A model generated the notes under the pieces. The model was not told where the DNA came from and searched no databases. It saw only the letters and a list, made by a program, of their open reading frames with translations. From the NCBI RefSeq assembly GCF_009914755.1, contig NC_060938.1: a stretch of 64,000 nucleotides of DNA. The stretch is one strand, 5' to 3'. The stretch's first letter is position 1. Every line of letters starts with the position of its first letter. This document shows, piece by piece, positions 24,876 to 55,289 of the stretch. The translations under genes were made by a program, and so were the position numbers. This DNA is from the human T2T-CHM13v2.0 reference genome, Homo sapiens.

Positions 24876-24958
24876 CCTGTCAGAGTTGTTCAGTATAATA
24901 TCAATACAGAAGAATTATATTCCTACCTAAAGGAATTCATCCACATACTATATTTCAG
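24876..24958 (+). CDS. ACTR10: ACTR10 exon 3 ([28 protein letters not shown])
   Basis: ttacag| acceptor, AG|gtaaga donor. Confidence 0.96.
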
Positions 24959-25900
24959 GTAAGATACATTTTGTTTTCTAGCTTTTATGATTAGATAGAT
25001 TTTCCTAATGCCATAGTGATAATTGGTTGTGTTACAGCTGAGGCCAAAAAAAAAAAAAATGGACTTCTATTGCCATTTTTACATGCTTATTTTCAACCTT
25101 TTCAAAAATATATTTGAAGACTAGAAAACTGGCAGACATAAAGAGATACTGAAAATGAAATATTCATTAATGAAGTGAACTGATAATTAAATTATTCTAC
25201 ATTCATACAGTGAAATACCATGCAGCTCTTTAAAAAGAGTTCTGCATCTGTATGTAGTAGTACAGGAAGGTGTGTGGGATATATTGATAAGTGAAATAAG
25301 CAAGTTAAAGAACCACATCTATGGAATGAGTATTTCTGTTAAAACATACCCCCATACATCCATAAGAATGAAAAAAAATACAAACTTCTATCAGTGATAG
25401 TTCTGAGTAGTAGAGATATAAGGTTCTTGTACTTTGCAAGTTTTACGTGTCATAATATTTGGAGCTTTGTGAGCATATATTACTATTGTAACCTAAAAAA
25501 AAAGAAAATATCGCCAGGTGCTGTGGCTCACATCTGTAGTACCAGCTACTCAGGAGGTTGAGATCAGGGGATGGCTTGAACCCAGGAGGCTGAGGTTGCA
25601 GTGAGGTGAGATTGCCCCTCTGCACTCCAACTTGGGCAACAGAGCCAGATCCTGTCTCAAAAAAAAAAAAAAAATCTATATAATGGCTCAAGTTGGTAAT
25701 CATAGTAGGCTATAATTTTAGGTTTCTGAGATAAGTAAGTTAATGAATTTCCTAGCACACTGCACGGTACATAGTAAGAGGTCAGAAATGTTATCTTTCT
25801 GGGGTAATAAAATGAAGATGTCTTTTTGTGATAAAATATCTTAAGCTAAGGTAGTACAGTTTCACTGTTCTTAAATTGTATGACTTAACAAAATGAATAA

Positions 25901-26071
<171 letters not shown>

Positions 26072-27285
26072 TAAATTGCTTTTGAAATAAAAAGAGAAGC
26101 AATAAAATTCTTACCAATTTTTAGGGAATCTTTCTTCTCTTTTTTTTTGTTGGTAGGTACTCAAAACTTAAACTAATAAAAGCCCTTATTTTGTCTCATA
26201 TTGTGTATGGCACACAGTGTAGTTGGGGAACCAGATGACAGAAGATTCTTCAAACTGGCCATTTATTTTCTTCCTTTGTGTGGTTATTTCATGCTTTAGC
26301 ATTTCATCCAACACTTACATAATTGGATATTTCTTTTTATTACTGTTTATTTATTTTAATATAGGTTTTTCTATTTGGGGACTTTTTTTTATTCAGAATT
26401 AAAAGGTATATTCTGTGCTGTGGACTTTGCAATGTATTTCTTCCAGATCTTTCTAGCTTCCATTGTTTAGTTGTACTGTTCTGAATTTTGTCATTTTAGG
26501 CTTCAAATTCCTTTAAAATGGAATATTCAGTGCCTCCCTTAGAGTAAGTTGGTAATGCCAGGAATGAGACTTACCTCATAATATAAGTAATATTACCTGT
26601 AGCTTTGATTTTATAGGAATCAGGATTATTTTATCACCAAGAATATGTTTTAAGATTAGTATATTTCATAGTAGACCAGAATCTTAATTATTCAAATTTT
26701 TAAAAATCTTTGCCTTAAAATTTAGGTTTTATCAGCAAGGGAAAATGTAAGATTATATGTATTAAGTGAATAAGAAATTAAGCACATATAAATGTATTTT
26801 CATACATTTACTGAATTCAAAACATACCTAATACCAAAAATCACAATGTCTTTATGAGGTAAAGGCACTTAATATTTCTAAGTTATATTTTTGTAAAGCA
26901 GGTACAGGGAATCAGGTTGCATAGCCTCCAGTACCTACTGATGTCATGAGTCCAGGAATTTCATTTGTAGTAAGGAGAACATAAAGCAAAACAAGAAGTC
27001 GTGTCAGCTGTTATCTGAATAAAGTAGAATATTCTCTGTATTTATAATTAGAGTTTGTGTTAATATCTTCTATATGACTAGAATACCTACTTTATTTAGA
27101 TAAGGGGAATACAGCCATTATTTTGTCTGCCATTCGATTATGATGGACTGTCATATTTTGATTGAATATCTAGTATTTGAGATGGCACCAGGTTTGGCAA
27201 ATTCTTACTGAAAAAAATGTTGCACAGAGCCAACTATTTGTATATTTTGTTCTTTGGTTTAATTTTAACTGCCAGTTACAGTTCA

Positions 27286-27453
<168 letters not shown>

Positions 27454-27604
27454 TTAAATAAAAAGAAACAGTAAAAATATATAGTTCATATTACAAACTT
27501 TGCAAATAAAAACAATGAAGAATTTTTTTTCTCTATTTTCATCTTAATGGTAAAGGCATCTATTTTTTAAATTTAACATCTTCCTCTATATTTATGTTTC
27601 TTGA

Positions 27605-27914
<310 letters not shown>

Positions 27915-28232
27915 CTCTAGACCTCTTCTTTTATCCCTTTCAATTTTCCCTTCCAAAAGAGAACAAGAATAAAGAAAAATGCTTCATAATTGTCATTTTG
28001 GAATGAAACAGTTGAGCTATTTTTATTACAGTGTATTTTGGTTATTGAGTGAATTTATATAAATCAACAAACTAGTTCTTAATTACTCTCATAAAATGGT
28101 TGAGTAGGTATCACCATATAAATTAATATAATGTTCCTGTGAATTTTTTCAAATATATTTGGATATAAGGCAAATACCTTCAAATAATGACACTCATTCC
28201 GGTTTTGTTGTATTGATTTTGTTATTTTCTAG

Positions 28233-30571
<2,339 letters not shown>

Positions 30572-30639
30572 ATATATGAAGGAATCCCAGTTCTAAATTG
30601 TTGGGGAGCACTACCCCTAGGAGGAAAAGCTCTTCACAA
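30572..30639 (+). CDS. ACTR10: ACTR10 exon 6 (IYEGIPVLNCWGALPLGGKALHK)
   Basis: Actin-like PIYEG motif across the junction; donor AA|gtaagt. Confidence 0.95.
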
Positions 30640-30806
30640 GTAAGTTTCTTGGAATTTAACATATTCATTTCACCTGTGCCACAAAAACAGTTGCTAATCT
30701 GTTTGTTGATCAGTGATCAATAGAGGGCTTGTGATACGGACAGTGAATTTTATTCATTCCGCCCTCTATTAGCTTCGAGTATATTCATTTTTTAAGAATA
30801 AACCAG

Positions 30807-31345
30807 TTTTTTAAATTTTTAATTTTTGGGGGTACATAGTAGGTGTATATATTTATGAGGTACCTGGGATGTTTTGATACAGGCATGCAATGAGAAATAA
30901 GCACATCATAGAGAATGGGGTATCCATCTCGTCAAGCATTTATCCTTTGAGTTACAAACAATCCAGTTATACTCTTTACATGATTTTAAAATGTACAATT
31001 AAGTTATTATTGTCTACAGTCACCCTGTGGTGCTATTAAATAGTAGGTCTTACTGTTTCTATTTTTTTGTACCCATTAATTATCCTCACCTCCCTTGTAT
31101 CCCTCCACTATCCTCCCTGGCCTCTGGTAGCCATCTTTCTACTCTCTATGTCCATGAGTTACATTGTTTTGCTGTTTAGATCCCACAAATAACTGAGCAC
31201 ATATAATATTGGTCTTTCTATGCATGGCTTATTTCACTTAACATAATGATCTCCAGTTCCATCAGTGTTGTTGCAAATGACTGGATCTCATTCTTTTTTA
31301 TAGCTGAATAGTATTCCATTGTGTATATGTACCACATTTTTTTCT
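30807..31345 (-). mobile_element. L1MA-type 3' end fragment
   Basis: gggtacatagtaggtgtatatatttatg...ggcttatttcacttaacataatg antisense L1 3'UTR. Confidence 0.8.
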
Positions 31346-31404
31346 TTTTTTTTTTAACTTTTATTAAGTTTAGAGATACAAGTGCAGGTTTATTACATAG
31401 GTAA

Positions 31405-32055
<651 letters not shown>

Positions 32056-32145
32056 TCATAATAATCTATTATGTAGTTGAAAGTATCAAATAAGGATATC
32101 AGTTTCAATATTTTCATTCCAGTAACTTTTTTTTTTTAATTTCAG

Positions 32146-32225
32146 AGAGTTGGAAACTCAACTATTGGAACAATGTACTGTTGACACAAGTGTTGCTAAA
32201 GAACAGAGCCTTCCCTCAGTGATGG
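32146..32225 (+). CDS. ACTR10: ACTR10 exon 7 ([26 protein letters not shown])
   Basis: tttcag| acceptor, G|gtaaat donor. Confidence 0.95.
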
Positions 32226-33069
32226 GTAAATTCATTTTAAGTGGTTTAGGAGTGGTTTACACTCTCTTTTTGTTCTTCAACTTGTATTTTAGTCTTTGCT
32301 CCATTGCATGATTATTCTCTTTTCTCCCCATGCCACTCTGATGGTACTGCTTCAACTATAAGCTCACCATTGAACTTTTAATCACTAAATTCAATAGTTT
32401 GATTTTAGTCATCCTTTCCAGAACTTTTGACATTGTGGATCATCATGTACTCTTGAATGCTTTCTTCTCCTTGGCTTTCAGGATTCTTTTTTTTAGTGGT
32501 TGTCTATTATTTCCCCAAATATTCCTCTGGTTTCCTCTGCTCTTGCTTTCTCTACTTGTATTCGACTAGGGATCTAGTGTTTGTTCCTTCTTTTTCTCTA
32601 CTGGCTTTTTAACTGTGATCTTATCTACTCCCACAACTTCTACATCTGCATGCTGTTGATTCTGAAATGTGTCACTGGGCCTGATCCTTCTTCTGAACTT
32701 GATATTCATATTTCCAACTGATTATTAGAGACTGTGCATGTCTCTAGGCACCTCAAACTTAAGATTTCCAAAAGTGAATACATTATGTCTTTCCTCAAAT
32801 TCATTTCAATTATTAGATAAAGGTAATATTTTCCTTGTCTCCCGTTTTACAAAACTGGAAGTTAGCCTTTCAATTCTTCAGAAATCTCTTTCAGATCTCA
32901 TTTTTCTTTCTTTCTTTTTTTTTTTTTTTTTAACCTTCCACACCATTGAACACCCGAGAGCAAAGACATTGTTTTAATCTAGGCCCTCATTTCTTAGATT
33001 ATTACAGAAGTCTACTCTGGATGGATTCGGTCTGTTTCACACTGTTGCCAGGAATAACTTTCCACAAAT

Positions 33070-36060
<2,991 letters not shown>

Positions 36061-36634
36061 CCAAAGTTAAAAATTCTTAGTTTCGAAGACTTTAAGTTAG
36101 AAAATTTTGTTTCTGAGACAGATTTTTGGCAACAAAATTTTATAACAATGGTAATATATCCAAACCAAAGGCTCCCTGTATTGCATGAAGGTAGATATAC
36201 TTGGTATCTTTAGCTGAACTTTGAATGAGCCTCTTTCATTTAGTATTTAGAACCTAATTCAAAAAAGAATGAATAAGTACTTTCTCAGTTGTTTTTTAAA
36301 TGTCACCTTTACCTTGAAGGACAAGATTAAAAGATTGTGTGTGGTACTTTTTAAAAATATGTTAGCACATTACTGACAACTATTTATTATCACCAGAAAG
36401 ATAAACTTGAAACTTCAATTTTTTGCTTCAATTTCCATGGTTTGTCTTGGCTTTGAATGATGATATTTCTTCCCTAAAACAAAATTAAATTTTTCTGTTA
36501 GACTTTTTGAGAAAATTATAGTAGTTGTATTTTTAAAATTTTTTCTAAATTGAAAAATAGAAATGTGAAGGCAATTTAATAGACTGTTTTTAATTATTAA
36601 AGTTTTATAATTCTAAATGAAATATTTGTTTTAG

Positions 36635-36670
36635 GTTCAGTTCCGGAAGGTGTCTTAGAGGACATTAAAG
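36635..36670 (+). CDS. ACTR10: ACTR10 exon 8, 36 nt (GSVPEGVLEDIK)
   Basis: ttttag| acceptor, AAG|gtaaac donor; phase 1-1. Confidence 0.92.
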
Positions 36671-37945
36671 GTAAACTAAGTTCTCATTTTTGTCCCTTTC
36701 ATCCTTAAGTGTTACTTTGGAGGGCATATGCTTCTAAACATTTACACAGATAGAAAATATATTCATAATGTAATATCCTAAAAGTATTTAATATATAGGT
36801 TATGGGATACTCTAAGTACAAATTCCACTTTTTTTTCACACTTAGGGAAGCTGTGGCATAGTGATGATGTGTTACTGAAGCAGCTTCTCAATTGTATACA
36901 GAGTATACAGGGTTACCAGGGAACTAGTATTTTGCAGTGTGAAAGAACAGTTAAATTGCTTAAGAAAGCTACTGGTTTGATGTAGTATAATGTTTTTTAC
37001 TCTAGTTTTCTTTATACATTTTTCTAAGAACTTCCGGAATTGTGACCAAAGTACTACACAGTACATTGTTTTCACCTAAGTGAGATTTATTGCTTCTACT
37101 TTGCTAGGGTGAATTTCTATGATAAAGTTCAAATTGGGTTTTCTGGTATTTTTATTCACTAAAATAAAATACATTTAAAATATAATCTTCAATACTTGGC
37201 ATGTCATTAATGTTAATAATTTAGGATGTTTAATAGATAGACAGTAATGGATTTTAGAGTTAAATGAGAGCTGGAGATAATCTAATACAGTTGGGGCTGT
37301 GAAATGTTGTTATTTGTCCAGTGTCACACAAGTAGGTAGGGTTAGAGCTCAGGCTACAAAATAGATCTTGCTTTCCATTATATTACCTATTATTTTTTAT
37401 GTGTTTTAATTACCTAAATTCTTTTCAATTGTTATAAAATTTCAATCATTTGTAATGCTTATTACAGTAGTTCAAATAATACAGAAATATCTCAGGTAAA
37501 ATGGTTTCCTTTCCTCTCTTCCATTTCTATCCTCCGTGATATAACAGTTGTTGACCATGTGGAGTGTTTTCTTTTCATATGACCTCCAACCTGTGAAAAG
37601 ATGTGTAACTCTTCCATTAGTCAGGGAGACATCAGATTGGCAAAAATTTGAAAGACATCTGGTATTAGTGAGATTGTAGGAAAATGGATGTTTATTGTTA
37701 GTAGTAAGGATTGCAAACTAACCTTTTTGGAAAGCAATCTGGCATATTTATGAAAATTCAAAGTGTTGTATCCCATCTAAAAAGTGTTATTGCATGAAGT
37801 TTGCTAACTTCATTATAAGGAATGTTATGTAGCTGTTAAGAGCTAGAGTATTGTTTTGGAAGAAGGTCCATAATGTTAAGGAAGAAAGCATGTTGTTGAA
37901 GGTATGTTCAGTAGAAACCCTTTCTGTTAAAAACAAATATGCAGG

Positions 37946-40378
<2,433 letters not shown>

Positions 40379-40562
40379 AAAACAGGTTTTTTAATGAACA
40401 AATTATTGTTAGCTAACTAAAGATGGGAATAGAGTTTATAAAATCCAAAGGAATAGATGATGAGCATGTTCACTTGAATAGAATTGTTTTAACTGGGGTG
40501 TAGGTACACTCTGTTCAATTATAATAACTAGCCATAATAAGGTCTCCTTTTCTTCCTTAAAG

Positions 40563-40642
40563 CGCGTACTTGCTTTGTAAGTGATCTGAAGCGAGGACTA
40601 AAAATCCAAGCAGCAAAATTTAATATTGATGGGAATAATGAG
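40563..40642 (+). CDS. ACTR10: ACTR10 exon 9 ([27 protein letters not shown])
   Basis: ttaaag| acceptor, GAG|gtaagt donor. Confidence 0.95.
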
Positions 40643-40723
40643 GTAAGTTTAAAAAAAAAAAAGGCATCTTTTTGCAAAGGTTACAACATGTGTGGACTTA
40701 TGTTTATGATATTTATATTTCAG

Positions 40724-40797
40724 CGTCCCTCCCCACCCCCAAATGTTGACTATCCATTAGATGGAGAGAAGATTTTACATATCCTTGGATCAATCAG
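40724..40797 (+). CDS. ACTR10: ACTR10 exon 10 ([25 protein letters not shown])
   Basis: tttcag| acceptor, AG|gttaga donor. Confidence 0.95.
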
Positions 40798-40933
40798 GTT
40801 AGATCTTAAATTTTTACGGCAAAGTAGTAAACTAAAATAAACTTTTGGCTTTTAAAAATATTTGTATGAGCCTTTATTTCACTATTGCCATTTTAACAGT
40901 TCAGTGTTTATTGTTAAGCCTCATTATTCATGA

Positions 40934-46629
<5,696 letters not shown>

Positions 46630-47332
46630 AATAGATTTTGGGTGCTCTTACTACTTATGGAAGGTGATGGATAAGTTAGTTTGCTTGAATGTAGTAATTA
46701 CTTCATTATGTGTGTATATATATGTATATATCAAACTATGTTGTGTACCTTAAATATATATATAATTTTTAAAAAAATATGGAACTCTTTCATCACCACA
46801 GAGATCTTCCTCATGCTACCAAAAAGAAATAGAGTAATTTTAATTTGAGATTAAACTGGAAAATGGATATTTTATTAAGCAACTAGTGATCCTTGTATTA
46901 TTTTAAAAAACAAAGAAATGGGGGGTGATTGCTTATAAATCTCTTGTATCACTAGCTAATCTGCTTATTGAATCTTACTAACTTTCATAGAATACTATTT
47001 CTTTTCTCTTATTAGGTTTGGGGAGTTATAATTGGACACAAAATAAATGTAAATCTATACATAATAATAGTAACAGCTAATAATTTAGGGAATGCCTCCT
47101 ATGTGCCAGACCCTGTTCTATTAACTCATTGCATCTTCACCTCAAACCCTGTGAGGCAGGCATTGTTATCCTCTCCATTTACAAATGAGAACACCTTGTA
47201 TTTTAATAATTATTCTTTGTTAATGTAGTATTGGTACTTAAAAATACTATGTAAATGGAAATAATGGTGTATTCTGTGTAATATTATAATACGTGACACC
47301 AACAGAAAGCTCTCTTTTTCAAATCCCATTAG

Positions 47333-47414
47333 AGATTCAGTTGTGGAAATTCTTTTTGAACAAGATAATGAAGAGCAATCAGTTGCCACTTTAATATTGG
47401 ATTCCCTTATACAG
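47333..47414 (+). CDS. ACTR10: ACTR10 exon 11 ([27 protein letters not shown])
   Basis: cattag| acceptor, CAG|gtattt donor. Confidence 0.95.
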
Positions 47415-47607
47415 GTATTTTATCTTGTCAAAAAATTCCCTTTATTACCACAGTCCTTTAAATATAAATTTTAAATGTTATTTTAGGCAACTAGCAATCC
47501 TTGTCACATATTATTTTTAATATGTGTCAACAACTAATCTGCTTATTAAATTTTATTAATTTTTACAGAATACGGTCCTTTTTTAACTTTTTAAACTTTC
47601 ATTTTAA

Positions 47608-48280
<673 letters not shown>

Positions 48281-48997
48281 TGACATGTGCATTCTTTTAA
48301 GACCAGGGACCAGATTTTTATTTTGTACCTAGTGTGGCTTGTGGTTCCTTCCAATTCAGGGTTGTATAGTATTCAATTTTAAATTCCACAGGACATATGG
48401 TAATAATATGTCTCTTTCGTTTAATGACTATGTAATTATAGGACTTCGCATGAAATACCATTGCCTTGGAAGATATGTTTACCTCTAGGGCTCCATTCAT
48501 TGAAGGACCTTATCATCGCTAACTCTTAAAGAGAACTGATGTAGAACCATAATTTTTCTAGGAGTGTTATCTTCCCACTTAACAACTGGCACTGTGAATA
48601 CACCTTAGAAAAATTAAATTTCTACATATTTCACTTATCCCAAAAAAGAGAAGTTATTTCTTCTCATGCTCTTTGCCCTACTTAATCATTGCTACCCTGA
48701 CAGTGAGAACACTCACATATGCCCTATGGAATGTAAAATTCTATGCTTTTAGACTTTAAACTATTTTAAAATCTTTAAAGTTTATGTATATATTTGGCAG
48801 TATGTTTATGGTGGTTATATTTGCTACATGAAAGAAACCTTGCTGTGGCCCTTTTTGCGATACAAACGATCACCTGTTTAATCTGTAGTATAATAATAAT
48901 ATGTATAATAATAGTATATTTATGTATATTTTCTTAAGTTCAATCAAGCATTATTTGTACAGTTCAGAATAAATCCTTCTTTTTTTCTTTTTAATAA

Positions 48998-49225
<228 letters not shown>

Positions 49226-49332
49226 TAATGATTATATAGTATTTGGTCTCTGAATGACACTATTAATGGATATATTAGAATAAATAATTCAGGGTTCAGA
49301 ATTGCCCACTTTATAAATAGAACTAACACTGA

Positions 49333-50104
<772 letters not shown>

Positions 50105-50262
50105 TTACCATTTCTTAAAATGTTCATTTTAATGTCTTCTAAAGCTAGTGAGCCACATATGAAAATTGGCCTCTTTAATTTATGAGTATATTTGTGACTG
50201 AGTTCATTAAATGTTTTAAGTAGTGATGGTTTCACTGAAATAAGCAATTAACCTAATAAGTA

Positions 50263-50619
50263 CAGTTGACCCTTGAACAACATGGGTTTGAATTATGTGG
50301 GTCCACTCATATGCTGTTTTTTAGGAAATATGCTAGAAAAATTTTGGAGATTTGCAACAATTTGAAAAAACATAGACAAACCATGTAGCCTAGAAATATC
50401 AAAAAAATTAAGAAAAAGATACATCATGAATGTATAAAAATATATATACAGATACTGGGCTGTTTATGTGTTAATCGACTATTCATGTTATTGGTAAGAC
50501 TTCTCAGTCAACAGTAGACTATTGGTAGTTAAGTTTTCGGGGAGTCAAAAATTATACATGGATTTTCAACTGCTTGGGGGTCCACACCCCTAATCCCTGC
50601 ATTGTTCAAGGATCAGCTG
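50263..50619. mobile_element. Tigger2-family (TcMar) non-autonomous DNA transposon
   Basis: TIRs cagttgacccttgaacaa / ttgttcaaggatcagctg, TA on both sides. Confidence 0.85.
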
Positions 50620-51232
50620 TAACTACTTTGAAGGGAAAAACAATCATGAATATGTACATTTATACAGGTTCTGATATGTGTTTTATGATGCAGTTAGAGC
50701 TAGAAGGTATCAGGATTGTGCATTTAGAGAAAGAGTAGTATGACATTTTAAAATGAATGTTACATTATTTCTTGTAAAATAGAATTTGGTCAAAACGTAG
50801 TTTTGATCTAGGACAAATTGATTTAGTAATGGAATTGTTTTTAAAAGACTGCCTTGTGGGTCTTAATAAGGTCTTCAGTATAGTATGTTAGGACATTATG
50901 ATGATGTTTATTGGGTTTTGCAGTACCATTTTATTTATTGATATGTAACCTTAGTTGTGAGAGAGAAAACTCAGAATCTTATTGATTGTATTTACACAAA
51001 GTTGAAAATACTTTCACTCCACTCTATCTCACTTGCTTTTAAATGCAATAATACTTGTTATCATATTCACTATTATCTGCTAAAGGCCATTTCAATTACT
51101 TTAACATGGAGTTATGGCTTACCCTGTTATTCAAAATGTAAAATAAAGAATGGCTTAACTGGAATTACTTTGAAGATTGTGGCTATGCATTGCTGAATTT
51201 TACCAGTCCACTTTTGTCATATAGTGAAGTAG

Positions 51233-51484
<252 letters not shown>

Positions 51485-51704
51485 AAGTTTGATTAAAAAT
51501 CAACCTTGCTTCATATCAAATATTTAACCAATTATAAGCAAATTGTACAAAGTATGTAGGATGTTTTGTTATAGAGGACTATAGTGGAAGTGAAAGCATT
51601 CTGTGTTTACTCTTTGCATTAATATATAATTCTTTTGACTTTGTTTCTCTTGTGTAGTGGTAAAATGGTAGCTGGTGCTTATTGAGATTTGCTGTATTTA
51701 TATC

Positions 51705-51710
51705 AATAAA
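51705..51710 (+). terminator. ACTR10: ACTR10 polyadenylation signal AATAAA
   Basis: 221 nt after the stop codon; GU/U-rich tract downstream (gtttgttatgtggctttt). Confidence 0.8.
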
Positions 51711-51751
51711 GTATAGTAAAGCAGTTTGATTTTGGAAGTTTGTTATGTGGC

Positions 51752-52050
<299 letters not shown>

Positions 52051-53031
52051 TATGTTGCTTGTCTTTCAAAAAGAACAGTATTTCTCCACAGTTCACATAA
52101 CCTGTTCTGGGCTCATTAATTGTGTTTCCAGCAGTTACTCCATTTAAAGCATAAATAGTGTTAACCATTACCAGTTATTTCAAATACTAACATGGGTCCA
52201 TTTAAAAAAAATATTTATTTTGGTACTTGGGTGTCCATATTATAATAATGTTGTTTTTCCAGAAATATATTTGATCTTTGGACTGAGAATGTTTGGTAAC
52301 ATAGTCAAGCATTTGTTAAGCCAAGTGTGGAAATGTTCACTTTTTAACTTTACAGTTTTTTTAATGAGCAATTCTACATTTCTAAGAAAAAAGATACTTC
52401 ATTTTTATATAAGGTTACAACTGCTTTATAAAAATGTATTCACAATGTCATTAATCTTTGCGTTTGTGCTTTATATCTTCTCAGGGCAGAGGTTCTTGAA
52501 ATATGTACTCAATCATTTAACTTTTATTTTATTTTTTCATTTGTTTTTAATGAACTACCTCTTGTTGAAATTTTGCTGGCTTCATTCTTTCGGGATACCT
52601 GTGTCCTCTAGTCCTACCGCTCTTCCATAGCACTCTTTCCTTAAGCACAGTATCCATAATTGGGGCACTTCTAACTTTTACCTTGTAATCGTTTCAACAG
52701 AGGTTTTATCTTCTTTTCTGGAATATAAGCTCTCGTAGAACAAGGCTTGTCTATTTCTTAACTTTGAAACCTCCCAGGAGGATTGCCAGGAATAGGTATA
52801 CTATTATTTGCCAATTGGATGGATTTACTATTTTATTAACATTATCTCTTTTTTCAGTAAACATGAACTTTACATTTATATTGACCTCATATTTTGGTGA
52901 ATTTAGATTATTTATGAGAAGTTTTCATCATTGAATAATATCAAAAACAGGATCTGTGACTGAAATAGAGCTTTAAAACTAGCTATAAAGTAGCAGACAA
53001 CTAGTGGCTGAAGTTAAGGAATGTAGCCCTC

Positions 53032-53498
53032 TGTTATAGGTTGAATTATGTCCCTCAAAAAGATAGGTTGAAGTCCCAACCCCTGTACCTGTGAACGTGA
53101 CCTTATTTGGAAATAGAGTTGCAGATGTAGTCAAATTAACATGCGATCATTAGGGTGGCGCCCCGATCCAGTAAGACTGGCATCTTTATAAGAAGAGGAA
53201 GCCGGTTGTGGCGGCCCATCCCTGTAATCCCAGCAGTTTGGGAGGCTGAGGCGGGTGGATCACTTAAGGTCAGGAGTTCAAGACCAGCCTGGCCAACATG
53301 GTGAAACCCTATGTTTACCAAAAATACAAAAATTAGCCAGGTGTGGTCCTGTATGCCTGTAATCCCAGCTACTCCAGAGGCTGAGGCAGGAGGATTGCTT
53401 GAACCCGGGATGCGGAGGCTGCAGTGATCCAAGATCACGCTACTGCACTCCAGCCTGGGTGACAGAGTGAGACCCTGTCTCAAAAAAACAAAAAAAAA
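53032..53498 (+). mobile_element. MLT1B/C-like LTR 5' fragment followed by an Alu (53200-53498)
   Basis: tgttataggttgaattatgtccc...gtgaccttatttggaaatag; then Alu dimer. Confidence 0.7.
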
Positions 53499-53890
53499 CC
53501 CTAAGGAAAGCCATGCCTAACATATTCCAGGATTGACAAGGAGACCAATTTGGCTTGTGTAGAGTGAGTAAGGAGAAGAAAAGCAATAGTAGATGGGGGA
53601 GTGGGTGGATATCTTGTAAGGATACATCTTACTGAGTAAAACAGGGTGCCCTTGGAGGGTTTTGAGTGGAATGACAAGATCTGGCTTGTTTATACCGGAT
53701 TATTCTGGATGTTGCATTAAGAATAGAGTTTAGAGAGACAAACTGAAGCAGGAAAATCAGTTATGAAACCATTGCAGTAATCCCAGTGAGATGATGTTTT
53801 AAGCCAAGGTGCTAGCAGTAAAGATGAGAAGCCTGATTCTGGATACATGGAAGGTAGACCAACAGGATTTCCTGATAGATCTTATGTGGG

Positions 53891-54350
53891 TGTTTCAGTT
53901 ACCTATTGCTATGTAACAAACTTCTAAAAGTTAGTAGCTTAAAACAATATGAATTGTATTTGCTTATGGTTTTGTGGGTCAGAATTCAGGCAAGACTCAG
54001 GTGAGCAGTTCTGTTCCACGTAGTATGAGCTGGAGATAGCCACCTGGCTGTATTTAATTGGTGTGCTGGGATGGAAGGTCTAGGACAGCCTTGTTTACAA
54101 GTCTCAGTGTCAGTGCTCTCCACATGCCTTCTCTGTCTTCCACATGCTTCTCTCCACATGGCTGGCTTAGGCTCCCTCAGCATGGTGGTCTCAGAATACT
54201 GATTTGTTACTTGGCAGCTTGGATCCAAACTCCATTGTGTGAGTTCTCCTCAAGACACTGTTTGCATCATGCTTTCTGTTGTCCTATTAGCCAAAGTTAG
54301 TCACATGGCCAAGCTCACAGTCAATATGGGAGGGGAATATTGAAAGACAC
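53891..54350 (-). mobile_element. Old MLT1 (MaLR) LTR within L2 sequence
   Basis: cagttacctattgctatgtaacaaac...agtagcttaaaacaa antisense MLT1 end motif. Confidence 0.65.
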
Positions 54351-54597
54351 TTTCACAATGGGGTTGGAGAGATAGGAATCAATAATGTTTCCAATATTTT
54401 TCATCCATGCAACTAGAAGGATGGTGTTACCGTTAATGGAGAAAAAAAGGAAAACTACAGGAGAAACAAGTTTTGGGGCAAAGATCAAGAATTAGTTTTT
54501 GTACATGTTAAGTATGAGATATCTACTAAACATCCAAATGGATATAGATGTTTGATATTTAAGAGAGAGATCTGGGCTGTCTTAAAAGTTTTGAATC

Positions 54598-54909
<312 letters not shown>

Positions 54910-55289
54910 TCATCAGCAAGTATCACAATTGAAACTGTGAGATCACCAAGTGCATGAGTGTGGATAGAGAAGGGGACCAAGGACTCACCCATCGATGGAG
55001 CACTCCCAAGTGAAGAGATAGGAGAGAAAGGAAGTAGCTGGTGAGATAGGGTAGAAAACAAGAAAGCGTTAGTGTGCTGGAAGCCAAGGGGGAGATGTGG
55101 ATCCAGCATGGAGTGATAAAATTTGTAACAAATTTCTGATACTCCAAGTAAATTAGGACTTGCAATTAACAATTCGATTTTGTGGAGATGAATGATGACC
55201 TTTTCATGTACAGTTTAGTAGACTAGTGGGGTGTGCCGGGAGGGACGGAAAGTCCTGACTAGGGTGGGTTGAGAAGAGCAAGAAGTGCC

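Noticed and set aside
40553-40562. TTCCTTAA resembling a U12 branch site at the exon 9 acceptor
   Set aside because: It abuts the AG, and the intron 8 donor (gtaaac) is U2-type; it is part of the pyrimidine tract
52220-52630. 136-aa hydrophobic ORF downstream of ACTR10
   Set aside because: TTG start, T-rich compositional bias, no recognisable homology or splice structure
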